From positions 3,185,779 through 3,249,778 of the forward strand of contig MU058718.1 in assembly GCA_013265495.1 (NCBI GenBank): 64,000 bases of DNA. The letters are read 5' to 3'. Positions within the stretch are counted from its first letter, which is position 1; each line of letters opens with the position of its first letter. Source of the stretch: Vicugna vicugna (Eukaryota). The notes below the pieces were generated by a model. The model searched no databases. It saw only the letters and a list, made by a program, of their open reading frames with translations, and was not told the DNA's origin. The translations under genes were made by a program, and so were the position numbers. Below are positions 51,100 to 64,000 of this stretch, piece after piece.

Positions 51100-54000
51100 T
51101 AATAGAAATGAATAAACCACTAAGAGGGAATGCCAGAAGACATAATACACAGAGGAATAATCATTCCAAGTATCTGGAATAGACTAAAAAAAATTAGTAA
51201 ATTTTAAATGACTAAGATATTTTTGAAAGAAGACAAATCAAAAATAAAAAGTATGAAAAAGGATAGATTTTTAAATGGAATTTTTAGGAATAAAAATATA
51301 GTGTTTAAAATTAAAAGCTCAAGAAATATGGCAGATTAAACAGAGCTGAAGAGAGTATTAGATAAATGGGAGATAGAGCTAAAGAAATCATGCAAAATAC
51401 GGTACAGAGAGATAAAAAGATAGGAAATGTGAAATTAGTTAAGTGATATGAAGGCAAGAGTGTGAAGGTCCAAGCTACCTCTCCAGAAAGAGAGAAGGGA
51501 GAGAATGAAGGTGAAGCAGCATTTGAAAAGACAACAGTTAAGGTTTTGTTTTTTTTTTAACCCAAACTGAATGTATAATTCCTCAGAATAAAAAAACTAC
51601 TAAAGTAATGAAATGCTGAGGAGGATAAAAAAAAATCTACAAGTAAACACATTGTGGTAAAACTGCAGATTATCAAAAACAATAGAAAATCTCTCAAGCA
51701 AACAGACATGAGAAAAAGTACCTCAAGGTAATGACAGCTAGATTGGCAGTCAACTTCCCATTAGTGACAATGTATTTCACAGGAAAATGAAACAGTATTT
51801 TCATACTATTGTGAGAAAATAATTGTCAGCTTAGAATCCCATATCTGACTAAGTAAAAATTCAAGAAAGAGCAGAATGAAGACCTTTATGGACGAAGACA
51901 GGGAGAATAACCACTTACAGACTCTCACTGAAATACCTATTAAAAAAAATACCTCATTAAGAAGGAAATGTACTCTAAAACCAAGGGGTAAGATTCAAGA
52001 CACAATGATGAGTACAAATATTAGTATATATAGTAATAAATCTAAATAAGCTTGACTAAAAACAAAGCTTAATAATAATATGAATAACTAATGAGGAATT
52101 ACAAATAAGAGAAGAAAACAGTAGGTATCAACAGCATGGAAATGGGAGAAGAGCTGAGTTAAAAAATGGAAGTTCTCTGTTATGCTAAGTGAAATAAGCC
52201 AGCCACATAATAATAAACACTGTATAATTCCACTTACATGAGGTCCTCAGAGTAGCCAAAATCAGAGAGACAGACAGTAGGAAGGGGATGAGGAGAGAGG
52301 GAAAGGGGAGTTATTGTTCAATAGATCCAGAGTTTCAGTTTTACAAGATGAAAGAATTCTAGAGATGGATGGTGGTGATGGTAGCACAACATTATGAATC
52401 TATTTAATACCACTTAACTGTAGACTTAAAAACAGTTCATATGGTAAATGTATGACCGTGAATTTTACTACAATTAAAAAATTGGTTTAAAAAAAGTGGA
52501 AGCCCTCACATTGTCTGGGAAATGTTCAATTTAGCTTAGTCAAGAATTGATGGCAAAAATTCAAAGATTTTAAATCTAATAGAAATAAAACTTCTAACTT
52601 CCAAATTAGAAAAAGAGGAGGGAAAATAAAGAAAAATCAAAAGTAAGGACAAAAAGGGCAAAAAGAATAGCAAAGAGAAAGGAATTTAACACAAAAACGG
52701 AAAATTAGAAGAGATAAGTCCAAATGTATCAGTAAAAAATGTAAGAAAAAATTTAAATTACTGGTTATAATACAGTCTCAGACTAGAACTTTTAAAATTC
52801 TAACTGTATGATATTTATAACAGATAGATGAAAAAAAAGTATGCCAGGCAAACAGTAACTGCAAGAAAGCTAGGAGAGCCTTGTTAATATCAGACAAAAT
52901 AGAATTTAAGTCAAAGTGAATTATTCATATTAAACAACTAAGTGAAAGGAAATTTTTTTTCAGGAAGATATATAATGAGCCTGATTCTGTTGTGCCCAAC
53001 AATATGGTCTCAAAACATATATAGCAAAAAGCTACAAAATTACAAGGAAAAAAAGTAGACCAATCACAGAGGCTGATTTCACTATGCCTTCTCCGAAAGT
53101 GATTAATCCCCTCAACCAAAAATTAGCAAGACATAAAAGATTCAAATAATTATAATTATCAACATTGACTCAAAGGGAACATAGAATCATGAATTCCCCA
53201 AATGCAGCAGCAGGACTTAATTTTGAAACAATAGAAAAATTACACATTACAAAAAACCATAAAACCAAAAAATTGGTGAGTTAACAAAGAATTCATAATA
53301 GAAATCATTAGCACAACATGCCAAAATTTGAGGATGCCGCCAAAGGAGCATTAAAAGGAAAAATTATAGCCTTGAATATATATATCTTTATATACTAAAA
53401 ATAAGATGAGTTAAGCATGCGATATAAGAAGTTAGCAAACACTGATAAAACTCAAAGAAAGTGGATGAATATAATAAAAATAAAAGGAAGAAATGATACA
53501 AAAGAGTAACAAAACCAAGTTTTTTCTGAAATGGCAAATCACATAGATGATTTTCTGGTAAGACTGATTAAGACAAAGAGATGGCACAGATCAAGCAGTA
53601 ATAGGAGTAGAAAAGAGATCATCATTTCAAGTGAAATAGAGACAAGAATGACTTAAGTGAATGCTCTAAACCCAATTTTGAGAACTAGATTTAAAATTTT
53701 TAGACAAACTTGTCAACATTGACTCAAAAAAATTAAGTTTGCATATATCTATAATTTTTTAAAAAGCAAATATATGTATGTGTGTATATGTGTATATATA
53801 TATAAAATATATATCTCCATGTAAATTTCCAGGGCCAGACAATCTTTATTAATGAGTATTACCAAAGCTTTAGTGAACATAAAATCCTAACCTTACACAA
53901 ATTAATTGGAAAATGAAAGAGAAATTGATCCATCTTCCTGTAGGTGCTATTATAACCTTGATACGAAAACCACATGAGGAGAGTCTAAGAATTAATAGCC

Positions 54001-55210
54001 AAATAGGAAGAAGTATAGCAACTGACATACACTGAATATTCACAAAGCATGGGAACTATTCTAAGAGCTTTACTTAGATTATTTCATTTTATATCTCAAA
54101 AAATAATAATAAACTCTTTGTTAGGTGTCGTTAACTCCATTTGGAGATAAGGTAGCATGGAAAGTTTAAGTAATTTGTCCAAGTTGGGAGTCAGGAAGTG
54201 ATAAAACAAGGATTCAAACTAGAATAGTATCACTTCAGAGTCTGCATTCTTAACCACTGTGCTATATTTCCTCCCGTTTTTGCATCTGTGATCAGTATGT
54301 TCACTAAAGAATGACTACCAAATAAACATAGATGCAAAAAATATACTAGCATATCTAACGAGTAATTTTTAAGCACTTAATAAAATCCAAAACCTACTAA
54401 TGATTTTAAGAATAAGAAAAAAACACTTGGAAAACTAGGAATAGAAGGGAAACTTCCTTCATTTGATAAAGGGTATCTATTAAAAGCATTCATATTATGG
54501 TGAGATTTTGATTTCCCATTAAGTTCAGGAAAAAAAAAACAAATTCCCCCATCACCATTTCTATTCAACATTGTACTAAAAGTCATATCAAGTAAAATAA
54601 GTCAATGAAGAACATTAAATGCATAAGGATTGAAAAGAAAAAAACAAACTTCTGACTTTCAGACTATATTATTATATACATAGAAAATTCAAGAAAATGT
54701 AAATATTAGAATTGAAAAAGATACTTCAGAAAGATACATAGATTGAAGATCAATATAAAAAATTTGTTTTTAACTCTTATTCTATTCACAGTAGCATCAA
54801 AAAAAGTATATACACATTCAATAAAAAATGTAGAGTACCTGCTGTGTACCAGGCACTGAATTATGCACTTTAATAATACGTGCAAGACATTCATGGAGAA
54901 ATTTATTAACTTTTCCTGAAAGATATGAAAGAAGATCAAATAAACAGAGTGATGTGATAGGAAGACTCAATATCCTATGGAGGACAACTCTTCCCAAAGT
55001 AATCTATAAATTCGGTAAAGGTGCAGTCAACACTCAAAATAATTTTAATTGGAATTTGACAGTATTATTTTTAAATTAATATGGAAAAGCAAAGGAACAA
55101 GAATATCTAAAACAATTTTAAAGAATAACAAGGTGTAGGCATTTGTCCTTTTAGACATTAAAATTTACTTTCAAGTTATACCAATTAAGAGAGTGAATTG
55201 TTGGCACTAA
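51100..55210 (+). mobile_element. Old degenerate L1 (ORF1/ORF2 remnants) with a nested L1MA-type fragment (about 52180-52495) and a MIR (about 54020-54270)
   Basis: A-rich L1-like text, e.g. agaaagctaggagagccttgttaatatcagacaaaatagaatttaag; ctattcaacattgtactaaaagtc; ataggaagactcaatat. Confidence 0.8.
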
Positions 55211-55341
55211 GGTTCATCTTGGGAGTGGGTGGGGTGATGCACCTGGACCAGTTTTATAGACCCTGCACTGCTCAAGGGTAATGATAACAAATCTACTGTC
55301 AGATTGTTTTTGCCAAATCATAAAATTGAATTTTCTGCTAC

Positions 55342-55472
55342 CCTTCAAGAAAAGCTCCTAAATAGAAAATGTATTCAGTTCTTTGTCTGGACAATGTAAA
55401 TAGCTTCCTGGCAATAATCTGCAAACTCAGTTTCAAATAAGAGTCTTGCAGAATCGCAGGCAGTAAGGCAGC
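55342..55472 (-). pseudogene. Candidate 131-nt exon, AALLPAILQDSYLKLSLQIIARKLFTLSRQRTEYIFYLGAFLE (phase 0 to 2)
   Basis: Acceptor ttttgtttcctgataag|G; donor AAGG|gtagca; phase fits the 49440 acceptor. Confidence 0.4.
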
Positions 55473-56442
55473 CTTATCAGGAAACAAAATAGAGACTGAG
55501 AATTGCCCTGGCTGGGCAGGGAAAGACCCTTGAGGAATGAAGGCCAATCTTAATGACCTTGAATGGCCTTTGTTGACAGGAGGTGTAGAGAACAAAGATG
55601 AGTCACTTGCCACAAAGCAATTCAGGGCTAGAGGGCAGTGGCATTAATTAAGCTCCTTAGAAGGCAGAGTCAGTCTTTTCATTTTCTCCACCCCTACCCC
55701 TTCTCTCCAAATATTTGGAAGAGATCCCTTTGGGATGATCCTTTCCCTGGGGCTGAGAAGTACTAGTCAGCAAGCCAGATGAGGGGAAGAACTCAGTTTA
55801 TTTCAGGCATGAATACCAAATGAGATTTACGACAGCTGTAATACTTGTTAGTTCCTTCTATTAGGAGAGCCATTCATAACAGCAATGAGAGGGCCTTCGC
55901 CAAACACACAGGGGTGTCTTTAGACCTTTCTCTTGGAGAAGACTAATATTCAGTCTTTCTCTCTCTCTCTCTCTCCACCCAAGGAAACCAAAGTGCCCTC
56001 AGCTCTGAACCCACATTCCCACTGATTCCAGAAAGAGTTGTGGGCTTGGCACTGGGAGCCAGCATGTGACCCATGTTCTATCAATCAGTCCTACACCATA
56101 GGAATGGAATTTCAAATTAACACAAAGAGACTTGTGCTCCAGCCATCTGCTCCTTGACTTCAGTTTTTCACAGGACAAGAGCAGCCAGAGCCCTAGAGGA
56201 CTCGTTGTTTGTTAGCAAGGTCCCTACTTCTCATCCATACGTCTGTCTTTTTGTGCTGCCACGTGAAAAACCTTGGTCAACAGCCCCTCTCCCCAGTGTC
56301 TTTACTATCTGCTTTTTATCAGGCTTTTGAAGTCAGTGGACCCTGTCAGCCTCCCCCAACCCACTTGGGAACAGCAGCTGAGTGTGTGGACCCACATCAG
56401 CCCTACTACGGGGCTCAGGACCAAATAATGCAGGACGCTGAC

Positions 56443-56523
56443 CCACAGGGCAGGCAGCCTTCTTTCTGCTGAGCAGTTATCACTTCAGAAATGCGAAGGC
56501 TAATAATCCGGGTGATAGAAGAG
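56443..56523 (-). pseudogene. Candidate 81-nt exon (open frame SSITRIISLRISEVITAQQKEGCLPC; phase 0 LFYHPDY*PSHF*SDN...)
   Basis: Strong acceptor ccccttatccttgctccccctag|C; donor TGG|gtcagc. Confidence 0.4.
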
Positions 56524-57895
56524 CTAGGGGGAGCAAGGATAAGGGGAATGAATGAAATACATTCACCAAGTTTGTAATAACACAATCTATCCCACATCCT
56601 AACTTGACTTGCTTCTCTGCTGAGCCAAGTCCAACATACCAGCTTTGGTTCACTCAGGTATTGGGTTTCAGAGAGAGAATGAACAATACAGGCATTTGAT
56701 GAGTCACTCATTTCTGCATTCATGCAATAACGTTTCACTGAGTGCTGTAGACCGGGTTCTCTAAGCATTCCAGGAGGGAAAAGAGACAGATCACTGCAAT
56801 GCAGTGTGATCAGTGGCTAAACTAGATTAGTGTTTGTGCTGGGGTAGGGTGTGGAGAAAATTCCCCAGGAGAGTGGCCTTTAAGCTGGGTCTTGTGGACA
56901 ACTGGGTAGTATATAAATATATGTATATATATAATATATAGATCACTCCCCTGGTTCCTTAGTGTTCTTCCCTTCATCAAAAACACTCCAAAAGCTTTGT
57001 GGTGTCCCCATAAAGGTGAGTTCTCAGTTTGTTTCTGAAGCATTTCATTTGACCAAATGAAACAATGATTCTAAGAAAAGGTGTTCCATTTCTCTGAAGT
57101 TAACAAAATATCCTGAGTCTTTTCTCATTGCTCAAAACACTTTTAATTGCCAAAGTAATACATGTTTTCCATAGGTACTCTGGAAAATTCAGAGAAAGAT
57201 AAAGGAAAAACAAAAAATTAAGTGGGAATCCAGGTATTAGAGATAATACTGTCACTGTCTTGGTGTTTCATTTTCTATGAATAGACTTTTGTTTTGATTT
57301 TGTGCAAAACTGGGATTGATCACATATTGTACATGTGATTTTGTTTTTTGTTTTTACTTTTCTAAAAACTTGCCACATCTTTAAATACTCTTTGAAAAAA
57401 GTACTTTTAATGACTGAAAAATATTTCATCATGGATGGACCACATTTATTTCAACTATTTTTCCACTAGTGGTAGTTTACATCACATCCATTGTTTTGCT
57501 CTCCATGTTGCAATGATCATAAGTTTGTCTGTATATCTATGATTATTGCCTTAAAATAAACTTCTAAAAGTACAATAACTGGAACAAAGATCATGTATAT
57601 TTTTAGGGTTCCTGCTACAATAACGCTGAATTTTTCTCCAGAAATACATAATATCTACTACACAATGTATTAATCAATGAATGAACAAGTGATTTTTTTT
57701 AAATTCTTCATAATACTCTTCCTAGAAATTGCCAGACTAGAACCATAGGAAACTAAATAAACTTTGTAGGAGTAAAAAGAAACCCCTGGATTGAGGAAAC
57801 TAGTAAACTAATAAAATTCTAATTACCTCTGAGAAGAATATAGACCAAGAATTTTTTCTAAAATTGAGTTACACATGTATCTAATAGAAAACTAT

Positions 57896-59697
57896 AAAAG
57901 AAGACTTTAAAAAATGGAAAAAAGAAGACTTTAAAAAATGGAAAGATATTCCATGCTCTTGGAATGGAAGAATCAATATTGTTAAAATGGTCACACTGCC
58001 CTAGGCAATCTACAGATTTAATGCAATCCCTATCAAATTACCCAGGACATATTTCACAGAACTAGAACAAATCATAATAAAATTTATATGGAACCACAAA
58101 AGACCTAGAATTGCCAAAGCATTACTGAAGAAAAAGAAAGATGCTGGAGGAATAACTCTCCCAGACTTCAGACAATACTATAGACCTACAGTCATCAAGA
58201 CAGCATGGTATTGGTACAAAAACAGACATATAGACCAATGCAACAGAACAGAGAGCCCAGCCATGAGCCCACAAACTTTTGGTCAATTGATCTTCAACAA
58301 AGGAGGCAAGAATATACAATGGAATAAAGACAGTCTCTTCAGCAAATGGTGTTGGGAAAACTGGACAGCAGCATGTAAAACAATGAAGCTTGAACACTCC
58401 CTTACATCATACACAAAAATAAACTCAAATGGATCAAAGACTTAAACATAGTACAAGATACAATAAACCTCCTAGAAAAAAATATAGGCAAAACATTATC
58501 TGACATACATCTCAAAAATATTCTCCTAGGGAAGTCTACCCAAGCAATAGAAATAAAAGTAAGAATAAACAAATGGGACCTAATGAAACTCACAAGCTTC
58601 TGCACAGCAAAGGAAACCATAAGTAAAACAAAAAGACAACGTATGGAATGGGAGAAAATATTTGCAAATGAAACCAACAAAGGCTTGATCTCCATAATAT
58701 ATAAGCAGCTCATACGACTCAATAAGAAAAAAGCAAACAACCCAATCCAAAAATGGGCAGAAGACCTAAACAAGCAATTCTCCAACGAAGAAATACAAAT
58801 GATCAATAAGCACATGAAAAAATGCTCTATATCACTGATTATCAGAGAAATGCAAATCAAAACTACAATGAGGTATCACCTCACACCAGTCAGAATGGCC
58901 ATCATTCAAAAGTCCAGGAACAATAAATGCTGGAGAGGCTGTGGAGAAAAGGGAACCCTCCTACACTGCTGGTGGGAATGCAGTTTGGTGCAGCCACTAT
59001 GGAAAACAGTATGGAGATTCCTCAAAAGACTAAGAATGACCCAGGAATCCCATTCCTGGGCATATATCCAGAAGGAGCCCTACTTCAAAATGACACCTGC
59101 ACCCCAATGTTCATAGCAGCACTATTTACAATAGCCAAGACATGGAAACAACCTAAATGTCCATCAACAGGTGACTGGATAAAGAAGATGTGGTGTATTT
59201 ATACAATGGAATACTATTCAGCCATAAAAACCGACAACATAACGCCATATGCAGCAACATGGATGCTCCTGGAGAATGTCATTCTAAGTGAAGTAACCAG
59301 AAAGAGAAAGAAAAATACCATATGAGATCACTGATATATGGAATCTAAAAAAATAAATAAATAAATAAATACAAAACAGAAACAGATTCGTAGAATACAA
59401 ACTTGTGGTTGCCAAGGGGGAGTGGTGGGAAGGGACAGACTGGAATTTCAAAATGTAGAACAGATTAGCAAGATTACACTGTATAGCACAGAGAAATATA
59501 TACAAGATCTTGTGGTAGCTCACAGTGAAAAAAAAATGTGACAATGAATATAAGCATGTTCATGTATAACTGAAAAATTGTGCTGTACACTGAAATTTGA
59601 CATGACATTGTAAAATGACTATAACTCAATAAAAAGTTCTAAAAAAATAAGTAAATAAAAATAAAAAATAAAATAAAATAAAATAAATAAAATGAAG
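57896..59697 (+). mobile_element. Young 5'-truncated L1 (ORF2 C-terminal region with frameshifts, 3' UTR, A-rich tail)
   Basis: ORFs 58263..58445, 58583..59116 (Cys-rich [19 protein letters not shown]) and 58927..59325 are L1 ORF2 pieces; flanks agaaaact(a/g)ta. Confidence 0.95.
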
Positions 59698-59869
59698 AAA
59701 GAAAACTGTATAGCCAAAATAAAATTCCAGAAGAATAATTACTGTCATAGGAAAATGTGTACCATGTATCAAAAGCAGTTTCCAAAGCCATAAATCCAGT
59801 ATGATCCCATTTTTGTGGAATATGTGTAACATGTGTATAATATATAATATATGTATATTATATTGTATT

Positions 59870-60441
59870 AGAATATTAGGAATTATATAAGTTTAAAACA
59901 TGATGGTTTGGTTTACATATACTGTGAAATGATTACAATAGGATCTGCTAACATCCATCTTCCCATATAGCTCCAATAAAAAGAAAAGAAAGAAGAATAA
60001 AGGAAAAAAAATTTTCTCCTTGTGATAAAAACTCTTAGGATTTACTCTTTTAACAACTTCCTGTATATCATATAGCAGGGTTAGCTATAATCATCATGCT
60101 ACACATTAGATCCCTAGTATTTATTTTATGACTGGAATTTTTTTCCTTTTGACCACCTTCCTCCAATTCCCTCTCCCCCAACAACCCCTACCACTATCTC
60201 TGATAACCACAGTCTGATCTCTTTTTCTGAGTTTGATTTTTATTGTTGTCTTAGATTCCACATATAAGTGAGATTATACAGTATTTGTCTTCCTCTGTCT
60301 GACTTATTTCACTGAGCACAATGTCTTCAAGTTCTATCCATGTTTTTGCAAATGGTAGGACTTCCTCATTTTTTATTGGTTAGTAATATTCCACTGTGTG
60401 TCTATGTGTGTGTGTATGTATATGTATATACATATATATAC

Positions 60442-60476
<35 letters not shown>

Positions 60477-61213
60477 TATCTCACAACTTCTTTATCCATT
60501 CAGCCATCAATGGACACTTAGGTCGTTTCCATGTATTGGCTGTTGTAAATCATGATTGTATGAACATTGGGGTGCAGATATCTTTTTGAGTTAGTGTCTT
60601 TGTTACCTTTGGATAAATTCTCAGAAGTGGAATTGCTGAATTACATGGTAGTTATATTTTTAAGTTTTTGAGGATCCTCCATACTGTTTTCCATAGTGGC
60701 TGCACCAGTTTACTAACAGTGCACAAGTGTTCCCTTTTCTCCACATCCTCACCAGCATTTGTTACATCTTATCTTTTTGATGATGTTAACAGGTGTGAGA
60801 CATAGCTCATTGTAGAATCAATTTGCATTCCCTTAATGACTAATGATGTTGAGCATCTTTTCATGTACCTGTTGGTCTTTCATATATTTTCTTTGGAAAA
60901 AATGTCTATTAAGGTTCTTTGCCTATTTTTAATTGGGTTATTCTTTTGCTATTGAGTTTTATGATTTCCTTACATGTTTTAGATATAAACCCCTTATCAG
61001 ATAAATGATTTGCATTTTTTTTCCATTCGGTAGGTTGTTTTTTCACTTTGCTGATGGTTTCTTATGCTGTGCAGAAGTTTTTCAGTTTGATGTATTTGCA
61101 CTTGTTTATTTTTTATTTTGTTGCTTGTGGCTTTAGGTGTCATATCCCAAAAATCATTACCAAGACCCATGTCAGGGAGCTTTGTTCCTATGTTATCCTC
61201 TAGGAGTTTCATG
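59870..61213 (-). mobile_element. 5'-truncated L1 with an internal (TG)n(TA)n microsatellite (about 60395-60479)
   Basis: ORF 60997..61212 MKLLEDNIGTKLPDMGLGNDFWDMTPKA is L1 ORF2-like; antisense 3' UTR. Confidence 0.9.
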
Positions 61214-61462
61214 AAACACCAAAATATTAACAGTTATTCTCTCTGTGCACTGGATTTAGGGTGAGTTTTCCTTTGTATAGGGTGTGTGTGTGTGTGTGTT
61301 TGTGTGTGCGTGTGTGTTCTAAATCTTGTGTATGGAGCATATATCATTTTTTTGATTGAAGAAAAAAGTGTTTTTAAATGTTGAGTTACCATGGAACTAA
61401 AAGAAATGTTTTCTACTATGAGACAGTAAACAAAATGATAAACAGGCAATTCTTCCTCTGAA

Positions 61463-61858
61463 GGTATATTAGTCTGCTCAGTTGCCATAACAAATACCAT
61501 AAACCAGGTGGCTTAAACAAGAGAAATTTATCCTCTCACAGTTCTGGAGGCAGAGCTGTGAGATCAGGCATCAGCATGGACAAGTTCTGGTGAGGACTCT
61601 CTCTTCTTGGCCTGCAGACAGCCGCCCTCTCCCTGTGTCCTCACATGACCTTTCCTTGGTGAGCGCTCCTGGAGAGAGAGCAGCTCTCCGGTGTCTCTTC
61701 TTATGAAAGCACCCATCCCATCATAGGGGCCCCACCCTCATAGTTTCATCTAACCCTGATCAGCTCCCAAAGTCCCCATCTCCAAATACCATCAATCACA
61801 TTGAGGGTTACGTTGTCAACATATGAATTTTGGAGGGATGCAAACATCCAGTCAATAA
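61463..61858 (-). mobile_element. MaLR LTR (MLT1A-type)
   Basis: tattagtctgctcagttgccataacaaataccataaaccaggtggcttaaacaa ... tcaacatatgaattttggaggga. Confidence 0.85.
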
Positions 61859-62777
61859 AAAAAGGGATCCTTCAGATAGTTGAGGTAGTTCAGATCCTTG
61901 AGATAGTTCAAGCTCACATTTAAAAAAAAATAAAATACCTAGAAGAGTCATCTTGCTGGATGACATAATACAGAGACAAAAAACCCAAAAAACTATGAAC
62001 AGGACAGAGCCCTGGCCATCAAAGGGATATATTTTTGTGAAGGAAGACAGAAAGTTATTACAAATCAGTGCAACAGAGTTCTAACAAAAAAATGCACTGG
62101 CACATATCTGAGTGGAAAGGGGGGACACAGAGGAAGTGCTCATAGTCTGGGGACAATCAGGAAATGATTCTGAAAAGAAGTGAAACTTAAGCTGAGTTTG
62201 GTGGGAAAAGAAAACAAAGAAAGAAAGTAAAAGCAGCCAAGCACGCAGAAGGCTGTGCCAGGCAGAGGGAATGGCTTGTACCAAGGCTTGGAGGCTGGAA
62301 AGCATCGCTGCACACGCAGGAAGGGATGAGGTAGGAGACGAGGATGGAGAATGGAGGAAGGACTCCAGTCTCCATGGTTCTCTAAATAGGTTCTTGGATT
62401 CTGAACGTCGACAGAGATTGAGTGAATTAAACTGGACTGACCTGGTGTGCCACACGAAAATGTTTGAACTTCACCCCAAGGACCATGCCAAGCACTACAT
62501 TTTAAGCAGAGAGGAACAAAAAATGACTAATGATTCTGGTAACAAAGTAGAAGAGAATGGCTTAGACAACGGTTGGGAGAATGGCGAGAGAAAGCCAGTT
62601 TAGAGGTTGTCCTAAGAGTTGAGAAGAAAAATGATGAGATTCTGAACCAAGCACAGCTACTTATTAGGAAATAAGTTAGGTATGTATTGTCCAACAGTCA
62701 ATTTGGCTATAGAAAATTTCTACAGTAATGCTATAAACTGTATATAGTTGAGGTACTTCACTGACAAAATTGATATC

Positions 62778-62905
62778 TAAGGTGACTGTATGTCCTGTTT
62801 GTCTGAGACAGCCCTGGGTTTCACTGGTTATCCTGGTACCATTATTAACAGTATCCCTTTGTTTTCAAGAGTGTCCCAATTTGGCTGAGAAATTATTGGG
62901 ATCTC
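62778..62905. mobile_element. hAT-Blackjack MITE (MER81/MER94-like)
   Basis: aaggtgactgtatgtcctgtttgtctgagacagccc ... gagtgtcccaatttgg. Confidence 0.55.
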
Positions 62906-63595
62906 ATCTTCCAACTCCCTGAGTTTCTAGTCCGAGTCCCTACTTTAGACACTATTCCTTGGATTCCTCTTTTCCTCACCAGATAAGTTCATCATCTTCC
63001 ACCCCCTAGGCCATACTTTTGGTTACCAGAGAAGAAAGCTGCTTTTTCTCTCTGGACCCAACATCAGCCCTTTTATCAGATTGTTTGTCTTACACTTATT
63101 TGAATATCTCTACTTCTGGCCACAGAAATTCTATGGAGGAGATCCTTCTGTTCTGGATTCCAAACCTGTTTCTAAATCAGTTTCTTCTGCTTAAAATCTT
63201 CCTTCTTCCTTCAGCTCTGATTGAGTGCCCTGGCCTTTAAAATCCCAGCCACCTCACTGGTAACATTGCCCTTCATTGTACCATCTTGAGCCCATGAATC
63301 CTCTCAATGAAAATGTTAACTTCCTTCCCAACTTTGCCTCACACTGCCTGGTCATCTATCGGAACAGAGTCTCAGATCCCTATCACAGGCAGCTCACCTT
63401 CTCCACCAAAGTCAACTTTTATTGCACAGTGTTAATCTGTCACATGCCCTCTACTCTTCCATTCAAGACTAACCAAAATGTAAAGAGTAGCTATTTACAC
63501 AATGTAAAAGAATCTGAAAAAGAATACATGTATATGTATAACTGAATCGCTTTCTTGTACACCTGAAACACACATTATAAATCAACTGTACTTCA

Positions 63596-63970
63596 TATGG
63601 TATTTTTCTTTCTACCATATGAGATCACTCATATGTGGAATCTAAAAAACAAAAACAAAAACAAGCAAACAAAAACAAAGCATAAATACAGGACAGAAAT
63701 AGACTCATAGACAGAGAATACAGACTTGTGGTTGCCAGGGGGGTGGAGGGTGGGAAGGGATAGATGGGATTTCAAAATTGTAGAATAGATAAACAAGATT
63801 ACACTGTATAGCAAAGGGAAATATACACAAAATGTTATGGTAGCTCACAGAGAAGAAAATGTGACAATGAGTGTGTATATGTCCATGAATGACTGAAAAA
63901 TTGTGCTGAACACTGGAATTTGACACAACATTGTAAAATGATTATAAATCAATAAAAAATGTTAAAAAAA
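63596..63970 (+). mobile_element. Young 5'-truncated L1 with a short 5' inversion, inserted into an older L1 tail
   Basis: Perfect 19-bp TSD ataaatcaactgtacttca (63577-63595 and 63971-63989); 63596-63612 is the reverse complement of gaaagaaaaataccata. Confidence 0.9.
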
Positions 63971-64000
63971 ATAAATCAACTGTACTTCAATTTAAAATTT

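Larger units (their letters stand above)
1..56523 (-). pseudogene. Putative large multi-exon minus-strand gene, apparently decayed (unitary pseudogene or coding-derived lncRNA); family not recognised; runs off the window at position 1 and may begin above 56.5 kb
   Basis: About 20 non-repeat segments on the minus strand bounded by pyrimidine-tract/AG acceptors and GT donors. Phase-compatible runs include 32570>27746>27088>23324>22107 and 16469>14929>13258>12231>10287>4330. Several segments have in-frame stops. Identity not established. Confidence 0.55.

Noticed and set aside
58122..59325. Longest ORFs in the track (up to 177 aa)
   Set aside because: Frameshifted L1 ORF2 remnants and their antisense frames, not host genes
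1..64000. Prokaryotic-type systems (CRISPR arrays, operons, IS elements)
   Set aside because: Sequence is mammalian; no spaced direct-repeat array or dense coding region seen

Overview
Mammalian genomic DNA, most likely camelid (camel, alpaca or llama), judged by a tRNA-derived Vic-1-type SINE and lineage-style L1 3' ends. It is CpG-poor, has no CpG island, and a large share is interspersed repeat (L1, L2, L3/CR1, MIR, MaLR/ERVL/ERV1 LTRs, hAT DNA-transposon fossils). I recognise no intact protein-coding gene. The computed ORF track is mostly chance ORFs, microsatellite ORFs and L1 ORF2 remnants. The main non-repeat signal is a chain of about 20 minus-strand exon-like segments running from about 56.5 kb down past position 1. 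They have polypyrimidine-AG acceptors and GT donors, and many join in compatible splice phases. Several are open, while others carry in-frame stops. This fits a large, decaying multi-exon gene (unitary pseudogene or coding-derived lncRNA) whose family I cannot name. Smaller points: a strong CTCF motif in a CpG-retaining patch at about 15.3 kb, an antisense exon candidate, an L1 target site used twice, and a twin-primed L1 with a perfect 19-bp TSD. All exon coordinates and repeat names were derived by eye and need alignment or RepeatMasker confirmation.
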